Source of the DNA: Octopus bimaculoides | Lineage: Eukaryota | Direction: 5' to 3' | DNA: 64,000 bases | NCBI RefSeq assembly: GCF_001194135.2 | Contig: NC_069005.1 | Span: forward strand, 31,343,793-31,407,792 | Shown: in pieces, positions 49,258 through 61,486 of the stretch | How positions within the stretch are numbered: position 1 is the first letter of the stretch | Layout: every line of letters begins with the position of its first letter | Position numbers and translations under genes: made by a program | Notes under the pieces: model-generated | Databases searched by the model: none | Told to the model about the DNA's origin: nothing | The model's input: the letters and a program-made list of their open reading frames with translations, nothing else

Positions 49258-49889
49258 ATGGCCATTGATGATATATTGCCGACAAAATCGAGACAGAAAA
49301 TGTTAGATACTCGCCGTTTGTTCAACGCGAATATGGATACGACAGCTACTACGACTAGTGGCATTGGAAGTTCAGCAAGTCTTGATACTAGCAACATCAA
49401 TGATAATCAAAATGCAATAGAAACCCTCTTGAAAAACAGCACCAATTTTGAATTAATCATGCCTTCAACTTCGTCGGTGTCTGGTGCTAGAAGTGGCCAT
49501 ATTGCTCTCGACACGAATGTCAACAACAATAATGACGGTACTCACAACAACAACACCATCTTCTCTGGCAACTTGAACATAAGTCATAACTACAACATTG
49601 ATAACATGAACTTTACCTACGAGGAAACCATTCACAGCGGTCATTTTATGTTGAGTCAGGTGCACGATGACAAAACCGCGGACGATTATGATGATGAAAA
49701 TATCGTCAAAGAGGAAAAAGATGCTCAGTCCTCTTCGACGGGCCTCAATTTTCTCAGTTCTTCGACCTCCCACGAAAATGTTGGTGCTACAAATTTGGAT
49801 TTTAGGGAATATAGTGCTACACAGTCAACTCTTTTCTCCATCGATGGTTCTCTTACCAAATTATTCGAGTGTATGACCTTAGCTTACAG
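49258..49889 (+). CDS. MLXIP: Mondo/ChREBP (MLXIP/MLXIPL family) first coding exon: Asn/Thr/Ser-rich N-terminus, MCR1 and start of MCR2
   Basis: IHSGHFMLS (MCR1) and IDGSLTKLFECMTLAY (MCR2) are diagnostic. Donor AG|GTGAGT, phase 2, sits where 'AYSG' continues. This is the single invertebrate ortholog of both vertebrate paralogs. Confidence 0.95.
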
Positions 49890-49935
49890 GTGAGTCTTGA
49901 AATTGAAACTAGTATTTCTTTTATTAAACTAAATA

Positions 49936-49973
<38 letters not shown>

Positions 49974-50258
49974 ATGATTGCCCTGTTTCTACGAAGTTTC
50001 ATTTTTGAAAAAAAGATCCTTTGTTTCTTTTTACTTTTTTCACTCCATTCCAGTCCATTTCGTTCCATTAAAAACCTGAACTCTGTTCGCAAAGGGTTAA
50101 CACAGACAATCTCAATATCAGACCAGCTGATTTTCTACTCTGGCAGCAGTTTGACCTCTCCTCTTCCTCAGCTTCTACCATTCTCGCTAGTTTATTATAT
50201 AACACATTTACACACCCTGTTATATGTATTTCTATACGCACACACTCGAATGTATACA

Positions 50259-50297
<39 letters not shown>

Positions 50298-50999
50298 GCA
50301 CATATACACACATAGATCTATGTATATACATCCATATATTTACACACTACCTACCTATCTATCCATCTATCTATCTGATGGATGGCTCTATCTGTGTCTC
50401 TATCTATCTATCTGATAGATGGCTCTATCTGTGTCTGTATCTATCTATCTATCAGATGGCTCTATCTGTGTATCTATCTATCTATCTATCTATCTCATTA
50501 CTTTCTCACACGTTACCCTATATTTTGTAAATCGTCTGCATTAAAACAAAAAGAAAAGACACGGTTAAAGCATTAAAAATGCGCTTTTAATCCCAAAATA
50601 GGCAAAGTGCGCTCGAGGTGGTTTGGGGAAGTGAGGCAAGGGGCTGTTCTGTGTCTGTTTGCTGAAATCACTTGTTGCAATGTTGGTTACAAACAATGAA
50701 AAATGTTTAATTTCGTAAAGCTTCCATAGTGAAATTCAAGACAACTTAGTTGCTTGTATTTGTTGTTTTGGCCCAATAATAGTAGTTTTGTTATTAGACA
50801 CACACACACAACGTTGCCCGATTGGTTTCTGTAAGGGCTGATGTTTTTAACAGCAGTCGATGTAAACATGGTGCGTGCGTGCGTGTGTGTGTACATTCAC
50901 ACGCACGCGCGCTTACATTATCTACTCTCCCCTCCCACATTAGTGTACATGAATACACGTATGCTTCAAATTGTATGTATTGAATGTGTACGTGCGCGC

Positions 51000-51050
<51 letters not shown>

Positions 51051-51310
51051 CTCTTTTTTTCTCTNNNNNNNNNNNNNNNNNNNNNNNNNNNNNNNNNNNN
51101 NNNNNNNNNNNNNNNNNNNNNNNNNNNNNNNNNNNNNNNNNNNNNNNNNNNNNNNNNNNNNNNNNNNNNNNNNNNNNNNNNNNNNNNNNNNNNNNNNNNN
51201 NNNNNNNNNNNNNNNNNNNNNNNNNNNNNNNNNNNNNNNNNNNNNNNNNNNNNNNNNNNNNNNNNNNNNNNNNNNNNNNNNNNNNNNNNNNNNNNNNNNN
51301 NNNNNNNNNN

Positions 51311-51344
<34 letters not shown>

Positions 51345-52080
51345 TACATACATAAATATAATTAGTCGTCTAAGAATCCACGAGCGAGAAGTATATATAT
51401 ATGCATGGGCAATCCTTCACATGTAAAGATTGCCGCATGCATGTATGTATAAATGTATGCTTATGAATATTGAATGTGTGAGTGTGTGTGTTCGAGTAAA
51501 CGCATGCTTAAGTGTGTATAAACGTATACGTATAAATGTATGTCAAATGCATATGTGTGTGTGTATTAAGTGTTTTGGTATTCTTGTGTGTATAAATGAA
51601 TGTATATTTGTGGGTGTGTACGTTGAATGTGCATGTGTCGTTTTCGGCGAAACCCTAGCCCTAAACACCGGGTGTGCGCATTCTTTACCTTCACCAACAT
51701 GTATGCGTAAACGTATGTGTGTGTGTGTGTGTGTGTGTGTGAATATGTATAAAAATAATGTATACAAATGTACGTGTGTGTGTGTGTGTAGTGGATGTAA
51801 TGTTGGCGGCTGTTTGGAGTGTGTATGTATATAACGAGCGTGTGTGGTGGGTGCTTGACGAGTGAGTATATATATATATATACGTAAGTGTGTGCGATGG
51901 ATATTATTATACTTGTACTTCTGAACACTGACATACATACAAATGTTTATGTATTAATTGCATCTATGCGCGCGCAGGCGTCGCGTTGGGGGCTCTAAAC
52001 AGGTTATTTGCCTTGGTTCACCTTGTTTTTGTTTTTTTTATTAACGTCGGCGGGGTGGAGGAAAAGGTACAAGATTATTT

Positions 52081-52247
52081 GGTAAATATTTGGAAAATTT
52101 TCAGATTAACACCCGCACGATTTTCACTATGGTTTTAGGGTTAGGGTTTGGGAATTCCGTCCGTAACCGTAACCCTAAAACCATAATCCTAACCCTCTAG
52201 TGAAGATCGTGCGGGTGGTAATCTGAAAATTTACCAAATATTTTACC
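52081..52247. mobile_element. Fold-back element with ~50-bp inverted arms and internal TTAGGG-like repeats
   Basis: The left arm ggtaaatatttgg...acccgcacgattttcacta is complementary to the right arm tagtgaagatcgtgcgggtg...ccaaatattttacc. Confidence 0.75.
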
Positions 52248-53111
52248 TGACATAAACTTTGTTACTTTATCTACTACTACTACTACTACTACTACTACTT
52301 ACACAAAAGGTGAAGAGGACGAAACTGTGTGCGTTTCGAAATCTGGGAGTTAAGTTCCGACCGTGGTTCTGGATCCTAACCTTTTTCTTGATAGGGGGAA
52401 CAATTTTGTGTTTATGTGTGTTTTCGTTAACTTTTGTCAGACGTAAAAACACAAACAACAACACACACACACAGAAACACATATAATCGCGATAGTTTAA
52501 CACGCCTGCTTTTACTCACGCACTCACATTCTTACACGCGTACTCGAACACCATCACGTACTCGCATTCACTCACGCACAGTTCTATCTCTTGCCTCTGC
52601 CCTTGTTTCTTGTGAGTCTTTTGAAAAAATAAGCGATGATGATAATGAAAGCCGCTGTTAGTTTCTAAGGTTCATAGTTCGAATTCATTCTCTTGGCACT
52701 TTTAACCTATGTCATCGTCATATCTCGGTCAAAGAGTTGCGACCCGCTGAACAAAAAGAAAATACTCGCAATTGGTGTTTATTCCCCACTCACCAATCCT
52801 GATCGGGCAGATCCTGTGATTATAAAACATTTCAACCGTGACCCCTCTGTTTTTCTAGAATATGAAGGACATTTTCTCTGTATTTTCCTTTTTGTTTTTA
52901 AGGCAGTATGGTGTGACTTGAGAATTTTGGCTGTTATCTCTAGCAGATTGAACAACCACGTAATCGTCCTTGCCGGTTTGGTGTTTATTGTTGTTAACGG
53001 GGCCAGCTGGCAGAATCGTTAGCACACCGGACGAAATGCTTAGCGGCATTTCGTCCATTTTTACGTTTTGAATTCGAATTACGCCAAGGCCGACCTTACC
53101 TTTCGTCCTTT

Positions 53112-53405
53112 GTGGTTCCTCCTGATGATGTCTTCAGCTAACTGGATCCTAATCCACCAAGGGAAGTTATGTCGGAAGAAAGTAATTCAACAATGCGGGT
53201 TGATGAGAATCGTAAGACGTGTGGCCAGAACCTCCTGGAAAATAACCATAGCGAGGGACATTCCACAGTTGAATTAGAACAGTCACAAACAGTGAAAGAA
53301 GACATGCACCGAACACCAGAGCTGAAGACACCTCCGAAAGGGGGTGGCCCCGCCACGTCAAAATGGTAGAGGAATAGGGGCCGAAACCGGACGTGGTTCC
53401 TCCTG
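53112..53405. repeat. 281-bp unit that restarts at the edge of an assembly gap (probable tandem array)
   Basis: gtggttcctcctg occurs at 53112-24 and 53393-405, followed directly by Ns. It interrupts a SINE that ends at about 53111. Confidence 0.5.
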
Positions 53406-53663
53406 NNNNNNNNNNNNNNNNNNNNNNNNNNNNNNNNNNNNNNNNNNNNNNNNNNNNNNNNNNNNNNNNNNNNNNNNNNNNNNNNNNNNNNNNNNNNNNN
53501 NNNNNNNNNNNNNNNNNNNNNNNNNNNNNNNNNNNNNNNNNNNNNNNNNNNNNNNNNNNNNNNNNNNNNNNNNNNNNNNNNNNNNNNNNNNNNNNNNNNN
53601 NNNNNNNNNNNNNNNNNNNNNNNNNNNNNNNNNNNNNNNNNNNNNNNNNNNNNNNNNNNNNNN

Positions 53664-54385
53664 GTTTTGAACCATGAAGAATTTGTACCGGATTTTTGAT
53701 GAGTTTTGAAATTTTTTTTTGCAATTGTCTGCTAATACAGACATAGACTTACTCAAATGCATCAATAAATTAACATAATTTTTTTTCACCATTGTTACAA
53801 TCATCGGAAATGGAACTGTCAAAGCACGATGTTCGAGCAATTTTGCTATTCAACTTCAAAAAAGCATGTGAAGCAGCTGAATCTGCTCACGATATCAACG
53901 AAACGTTTGGTGAGAAAATGACCAGTGAGTGGTCAGCTCGAAAATGGTTTAAACGATTTTGCAGTGGAGACCTGAGCCTTGAAGATTGTGAGCATAAAGG
54001 AATTCCATCTGTCATTGATGATGGTCAATTAAAGACCGTCATTGAGAAAGATCCATGTAAAATCACTGGAACTGGCAAAAGAACTTGCAATTAGCCAGAA
54101 AACTGCCTGCAACTATTTGCATGAGATCGGAAAATCAAAAAAGATCAACAAATGGGTAACACACAATTTAAATGAAAATCAGAAAATGCACAGATGTGAA
54201 ATTTGCTTGCTGTTTCTTCTCCATAACCAGACAAAATCCATTTCTCGACCGTATTGTAACTCGTGATGAAAAGTGGATTCTGTCCAATAATAAAAGACGT
54301 TCTTCGCAGTGGTTGGACCAAAATGAAGCACCGAAAACCTTCCCTAAACCTGAGCTCTTCAAAAAGAAGGCTATGGTGACTGATG
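53664..54385 (+). pseudogene. Mariner (Hsmar1/SETMAR-like) transposase pseudogene, 3' truncated
   Basis: ATG 53810 MELSKHDVRAILLFNFKK...WFKRFCSGDLSLED (HTH), then KWVTHNL and FLDRIVTRDEKWI (first catalytic D). Two frameshifts. Confidence 0.92.
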
Positions 54386-56336
54386 GTGTACTGCTGGTGA
54401 GGGGGGGGGTCAATAAAATGAGTATCAGTTAAGCACTGGGATCAGTGTAATCGTCTAACCCCCTCACTCAAAATTGCTGGCATTGTGCCAAAATTTGAAC
54501 CAATATTTGTACTAAATACTGCCATAAAAGATTATCTCCTGCTCCATGATTAATCACCTTATTTAACATGCTTAGGTCTGTTGATATTTTCTTAATACAG
54601 AGTATATTCTAATTGATCAGATGATAGATTTAATCACATGTTCAATGTGGCAAAACTAAAATGAAAAAGGAAAATATTGTTCCAAAATATTGTACTTTTA
54701 CTGAATGAATTCATCTGACAACAGCTGTTGTTGTTGTTCAGGTCGACTTGATAGAGATGACAAATATTCAAAAGCAGGTCAGCTGTGACCACCTCCATAT
54801 TTTTTTTTTTTTTTTTGTTAGATGCCTCCAGGACCAAATTATGTAACAAACCCCTTATTTAAATTAGCAGGGTGTGATTTGACAGATTTTGGTTGCTATT
54901 TTTTTAAGCAAGCTGGGTGGCCATATTTGAGGCTTTGTTGTTGGTTTGTGAAAAGGTTAGGCAAAGGAGCATTGAAGAGTAAGTCCTCGAACCAGTAAGT
55001 GACCCCAATCACATTTCCCCTGAACTGGACTCCGGTTCCTTGCAGGGTTGTTCAAGGGGAAGGGACGCGATTACATCAAACCCAGTACGTGACTGGTCCT
55101 TTATTTAATCAATTGAGGAGGGATGAAAGGCAAAGTTGACCTCGGCAGGATTTGAACCCAAAATGTTAAGAACTGGAAGAAATACTGCTTAGCATTTTGT
55201 CTGACATGCTAAGGATTCTTCCAGCTTGCTTGTAATAATAATTTTTTTCTAAACAAGGCCTGAATTTTTAAGAAGTGTAGGCTAGTTGCTTACGTCAACC
55301 CCCAGTGCTCAACTGGGACTTAATTTTCATCTACCTGAAGAGAGTGAAAGGCAGAGTTGATCTTGGTAAAATTTGAACTCAGAACAAAGATGGATGGAAT
55401 GCTTGGTGGCATTTCATCTGGTATACTAATGATTCTGTCAGCTTGCTACCTTAACAACAACAACAGCAATAATAATAATGCTTCATTTGATTGATCAGAT
55501 CAACAAACAATTATTAATATTGTTAATATATCAAGCAGTAAAGCTAGCTGAGACAGTAAGACTGCTTTACATTCAGTTTCATCCCACAGGGTTTTTGAGT
55601 TCAAATTGCAGCAGACTCACAAAATTAAGCATTTTGTCCAATATGTTAACGATTCTGCCAGCTCGTTGCCTTGTTTTGAAAATAACTATATCCAAATATA
55701 TTTTGCTTCCCATACTTACCTTCCAGTTTTGTTGTAAGAATTCATTGTTTTCAATAGTTTCAGCTGCCATTATAATTGTTGCAAGCAGCTGTTGATTTGA
55801 AAAAGATAGCCCTGGCAGCTAGGAGTGTATTTAAACATCTCTTCTACATGTACCAGTCTTTATTTGTGTGTGTGTGTGTGTGATATATGGTGCATATTTA
55901 TTTCTTGGTGTGTTTTGGTGAAAATATTTGGCCAATGAGGCACAAATGCACAGATTGTATGTGAGCATCTTGAAGATACAGTTACGTCAAAATAATACTT
56001 GAATTAGTGTTAGGGGTTTCTGTTGCTCATGGCTGATCATGCCCTGACATACATATGTATGTAGAGCTGGCTTCCTAACCATGTGGTCTCTTGTCCAGTC
56101 CCACTGTGTGGCATTTTAAGCAAATGTCTTCCATCATAGCTCCAGACTGACCAAGCCATGTGAATGGGTTTGGTAGATGGAAACTGGAAGACGCCTGTCG
56201 TATGTGTGTATATATGTGTACATATGTATGTGTATACAGGGTGGCCCAAATGTCATAAATCCAGCACTAACTGCCAAGCCATACCACAAGACTTTTACAA
56301 AAACATAAGTGAATTTAATTATCTTTTGCTGTAAAA

Positions 56337-56555
56337 TTAACCCTTTTGTTTTCATATTTCTGTTAAAATAGTTTTTTTTTTTTTCTTTCCATTAATTTTT
56401 AAAATAATGAGGAATATAGTAAAATAACTCCATCATTAAGCTGATATTTGGAACATAACATGAAATTTTAATAGGAAGTTTTAATTTAGATCAAAACCTT
56501 AGAGTTTGTAACAAAGCAAGGGCAGTCTTGGGCAGTTTGGCATCAAGAGGGTTAA
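56337..56555. mobile_element. piggyBac-type MITE with intact TTAA-CCCT...AGGG-TTAA ends
   Basis: Termini read directly. Related to the 15932-16275 and 19790-20310 copies. Confidence 0.8.
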
Positions 56556-57245
56556 GAATAATTTTACTCTTGTTTTGGGGATATTTTCTGACACTCCCCC
56601 GCCCTTGTATTTTGAATCGTTTCTTTGGAAATAAAGACAGGCTTTTGTTGCTCATGCTGGACTCAATTCTCATAGTGAGTGTGTAGTATGTTGACACCAC
56701 CACTGCCATCACGAACCACCTCCACCTCCACCCGACATAGTACCAATTAGCATGAAATTGGAACAGTTTATAAAATCAGACTCAGCAATTATGTGGCAAG
56801 CCAGATTGTGTTACAGCTTAGAACTTACGTCAAAAGTAGGGAACTGACTGTGGTGCATTTCCTGTGGCCTGGTTGCTTTGCTATGAAGTGGATTTAGTTT
56901 TTTTTGTTTTATCTAACTAACAATACATTCACCATTTTTTTCTGTGGTTGAATATTCTTGCTATTAATAACAATGAATAACACTAATTATTACTATTTAT
57001 AATTCAGTATTTTAGTATTATTACTATTACTGTTGTTGGCATGGTGACAGAATCATAAGTGCACTGGGCAAAAGGGTTAGTATCATTTCTTCCAGCTCTT
57101 TACATTCTGAGTTCAAATACCAGTGGGGTCAGTTTTACCTTTTATTCCCTCAGGGTTGATAAAATACAGTGCTAACCAAGTACTGGGGTTGATGTAATTG
57201 AACACTCTCTCTTACAAAGTTTCTGGCCTTGTGCCTCTACCAGAA

Positions 57246-57278
<33 letters not shown>

Positions 57279-58849
57279 GGGTGGCAGGCTGGCAGAATCA
57301 TGAGCACACCGGGCGAAATGCTTAGCGGTATTTTGTCTGCCGTTACGTTCCGAGTTCAAATTCCGCTGAGGTCAACTTTGCCTTACTAGTTTCAACCACT
57401 AAATCATGGCCATGCTGGGGCACCACCTAGGATAGTGATGAGGGAAACCCTATGACAAGTATGTTTGCAATGATACACAGCTGGTTTTTTTTGCAGGTGA
57501 CACACGGACTGAAAAAAACAAAAAACAAAAGACAAAAGAAAAAAGTACCTCCCTACAACGTCATCTTATAAAAAGCTTACCTGTCAGCATTTATCTAAAC
57601 AAACATATATGCGTACATATCAATGGACACTNNNNNNNNNNNNNNNNNNNNNNNNNNNNNNNNNNNNNNNNNNNNNNNNNNNNNNNNNNNNNNNNNNNNN
57701 NNNNNNNNNNNNNNNNNNNNNNNNNNNNNNNNNNNNNNNNNNNNNNNNNNNNNNNNNNNNNNNNNNNNNNNNNNNNNNNNNNNNNNNNNNNNNNNNNNNN
57801 NNNNNNNNNNNNNNNNNNNNNNNNNNNNNNNNNNNNNNNNNNNNNNNNNNNNNNNNNNNNNNNNNNNNNNNNNNNNNNNNNNNNNNNNNNNNNNNNNNNN
57901 NNNNNNNNNNNNNNNNNNNNNNNNNNNNNNNNNNNNNNNNNNNNNNNNNNNNNNNNNNNNNNNNNNNNNNNNNNNNNNNNNNNNNNNNNNNNNNNNNNNN
58001 NNNNNNNNNNNNNNNNNNNNNNNNNNNNNNNNNNNNNNNNNNNNNNNNNNNNNNNNNNNNNNNNNNNNNNNNNNNNNNNNNNNNNNNNNNNNNNNNNNNN
58101 NNNNNNNNNNNNNNNNNNNNNNNNNNNNNNNNNNNNNNNNNNNNNNNNNNNNNNNNNNNNNNNNNNNNNNNNNNNNNNNNNNNNNNNNNNNNNNNNNNNN
58201 NNNNNNNNNNNNNNNNNNNNNNNNNNNNNNNNNNNNNNNNNNNNTGAAAGGATGAAAGGTAAAGTGAATGTGGGTGGGATTTGGTTTCAGGATGGCATGG
58301 AATGTAACGAAATACCACACAGCATTTTACTTAATGCTCTGTTGATTCTGTCATTCACCTGCCATATAATAATAATCCTTTCTACAATAGGTACAAGGGC
58401 TGAGATTTTTGTGGGGAAGGGGACTGGGCAATTATTGGGTTCGCAACTAAGTTCCTGCTGTTTTTTTTTTTTTTTAATTAAAATTTTTTAGAAGGTTTTA
58501 TAAAAAATAACTAATTAATCAATAATGTATTCACCCTTGTTGTTTACAACTTCTTCCCAACATACAATAGGCACATGGCCTGAAATTTTGTGGATGGGGT
58601 TAGTTGATTACATTGACTCCCTCCCCCAGTGGTTGACTGGTACATATTTTATTGAAGCTGAACAGCTGAAAGGCAAAGTTCACCTTGGTGGAATTTGAAC
58701 TCAAAACTGTAGACAGATGAAGTGCCACTACATATTTTGTCTGACGTTCTAACGATTCTGCCAGCTTACTGCCTTAATGATGATAATAATAATAATGCTT
58801 CATTTGATTGAGCACATAAAATAAAAACTTATTTTTATTTATTTATTTT

Positions 58850-59095
58850 TTCCGCCCTTTCAAAGCCTAGCCAGGCTCATGGGCCCAGTTTCCCGGTTTT
58901 TATGGCGTATGTGTCCCCCCTCCCCAGCTGGACGGGACGCCAGTCCATCGCAGTGTTACTCAAGAAACAGGAAGAAAGAGTGAGAGAAAGTTGAGGCGAA
59001 AGAGTACAACAGGGGTCGCCACCACCCCCTGCCAGAGCCTCGTGGAGCTTTTAGGTGTTTTCGTTCAATAAACACACACAACGCCCGGTCTGGGT
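58850..59095 (-). mobile_element. tRNA-head SINE with a different 3' body (gcgatggactggcgtcccgtccag domain)
   Basis: Shares its 5' part with 7335-7614, then diverges. Confidence 0.8.
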
Positions 59096-59939
59096 CAATT
59101 TTGGATTTTCATTCTCAAAGGGTCAATCAAGAAATTACCAATCGAAGGTGAGAGATTGGAGTAACTGTAGGATACCTTGTGGTATTTGTTTCGACTTTGT
59201 GTTTTGAGTTCAAATTCCTCCTGGCACCATGGGTACTTTTAGTGAAATATACTTTTTTTCCCTCTCTAAGAATTCAGGTTAGATTTGTGGTTTGTGGATA
59301 CCTTCCTTTGTTCATTCATTCCTTCCTCTTTCTCACCAGTCTTGGTGGNNNNNNNNNNNNNNNNNNNNNNNNNNNNNNNNNNNNNNNNNNNNNNNNNNNN
59401 NNNNNNNNNNNNNNNNNNAAAAATAAGAGAAACCCCCCCCAAACCCTCTCTTAAGTCAGTTTAATTAAGGCTGACCTGGCAACAACAATTTCATCCTCTC
59501 CCCTCCACCAAACCTATATTTGATCATTCCTTCATAATTTCAACATTTATCCCACAATGCACAGAACATTCCTGACATAGAAGGAAACCAGAGAAAATGT
59601 TGACATTTTATTACAGACAACAATAAAAATACGTCTAAAGAATGTTGTTGCTTAGAACCAGGTCAGCTGTCATTGAATAGGTTCGTAGTTTATGACCAAA
59701 ACCATTCCAACCGTGACCATCACGTCTTTTTACATATCAGGGACTATGGTGGGTCTTGTGTACCCCACTTCTTTATTTCAGGCAACAGGGTGTGATTTGA
59801 AGGAGTTTGGCTGCTATGTCTATTGGATTGGTCAACAAGATTTAGAGCAGCAGCTCTCAATCATTTTTTGCCTATGAATCCCATTTGGTTTCTGTTTTAC
59901 TCAAATGAATCTTCATAGCTACTTGAAGTTTTAAAAAAA

Positions 59940-60325
59940 TCCCACCAACCACATGGTTCCGGGTTCAGTCCCACTGCGTGGCACCTTGGGCAACTGTCTT
60001 CTATTATAGCCTCGGGGCCGACCAAATCCTTGTGAGTGGATTTGGTAGACGGAAACTGAAAGAAACCCGTCGTGTATGTATGTATGTATATATATATATA
60101 TATATATATGTGTGTATGTGTGCTTGTGTGTCTGTGTTTGTCCCCCCACCATCGTTTGACAACCGATGCTAGTGTGTTTACGTCCCCGTAACTTAGCGGT
60201 TCAGCAAAATGAGACCAATGAAATAAGTTCTAGGCTTACAAAGAATAAGTCCTGGGGTCGATTTTCTTGACTAACGGCGGTGCTCCAGCATGGCCACAGT
60301 CAAATGACTAACACAAATAAAAGAG
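59940..60325 (+). mobile_element. Near full-length fourth-family SINE with internal (TA)/(TG) microsatellite
   Basis: Head, internal microsatellite at about 60072-60140, and a 3' body shared with 35120-35300 and 41000-41300. Confidence 0.85.
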
Positions 60326-61439
60326 TAAATATTATTTGAAACTGTGTAAATAAAATTAAAATATTTTGTGTATTGCACAAGCATAACCAATTTATTACAC
60401 TTCAGCAACAAAATCCTATATGGGCCCCCCCAAGGGTCACGTGAACTCCCCAAGGGTCATGTGGACCCCCAAGGATCATGTGAGCTCTGGTTGAGAATCA
60501 CTTATATAGAGAATTACTTGTTTGGTTTGTCTAAAGAATGTGATTGGAATAGCTGTCAGTTTGCCAGTCTGGAGGTTCTGTTGTGAACAGACTTGTCTAG
60601 CTGTACGTCAGTCCTCTTTGAATAGCTCTTCTGATTAACCTTTTGGCATTCACATTATTTTCTGTCAGAAGTAAAGCTTATTTATTCTCATTGTTTTGTG
60701 TTAGTCAAGCATTATCTTGTAGCTTTGAGAGTTTGAAGAGATATCTGGTAATTTTAGAATGATATTGTAGGGTTGGTTTGAAAGACCAGATCTGGCCAGT
60801 TTGAACATAAAACAGGTAAAATATTTTGGCCGGATGTGGCCAGTTTAAATGCTAAAGGATTAAGAACACTCCAGCCACAGCTATCCTATGTTTTTAGGAG
60901 CATGCTGGATAACATCATCTGAGGTGTCAATTTGGTTTAAAGATGGCAGGGTGTGATTTGAAGGAGATTTGGCTGTTATTTCTTGCAGATTGAGAGATTG
61001 CATTGATGTGTCTCTCATTGGCTTGAACAGTGTTATTTAGCCCTAGGTTTGCTCTTTGAGAGCTAACCTAAGATCACTCAAGACCTGTATACCTTAATTC
61101 CCAGAATTTACAAAGATAAATGATGCAATTCTAACATATTCCATCATTTTGGTTTGAACATAAACTAGAAAATTAAGGGCTGTGAAAGCATTTAACACCC
61201 AAAGCCCAACAGTCTCTGAATACTGCCATCAAATCAATAACAAATTCATTTCTGATCTAAAAGAATTGATAAATAAATTGATGCCAGCATGGCTGTGTGG
61301 TTAAGGACTTTACTTCCCACTGTATGGCTTCAGGTTCAGTCCCACTGTAAGGCAACGTGAGCAAGTGTCTTCTTCTACAGCCTCAAGCTGATCAAAGCTT
61401 TGTGAATAGATTTGGTAGATGGAAACTGAAAAAAATGAC

Positions 61440-61486
<47 letters not shown>

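Noticed and set aside
52135-52196. Telomere or interstitial telomeric array
   Set aside because: There are only a few degenerate units, in both orientations, inside an inverted-repeat element.
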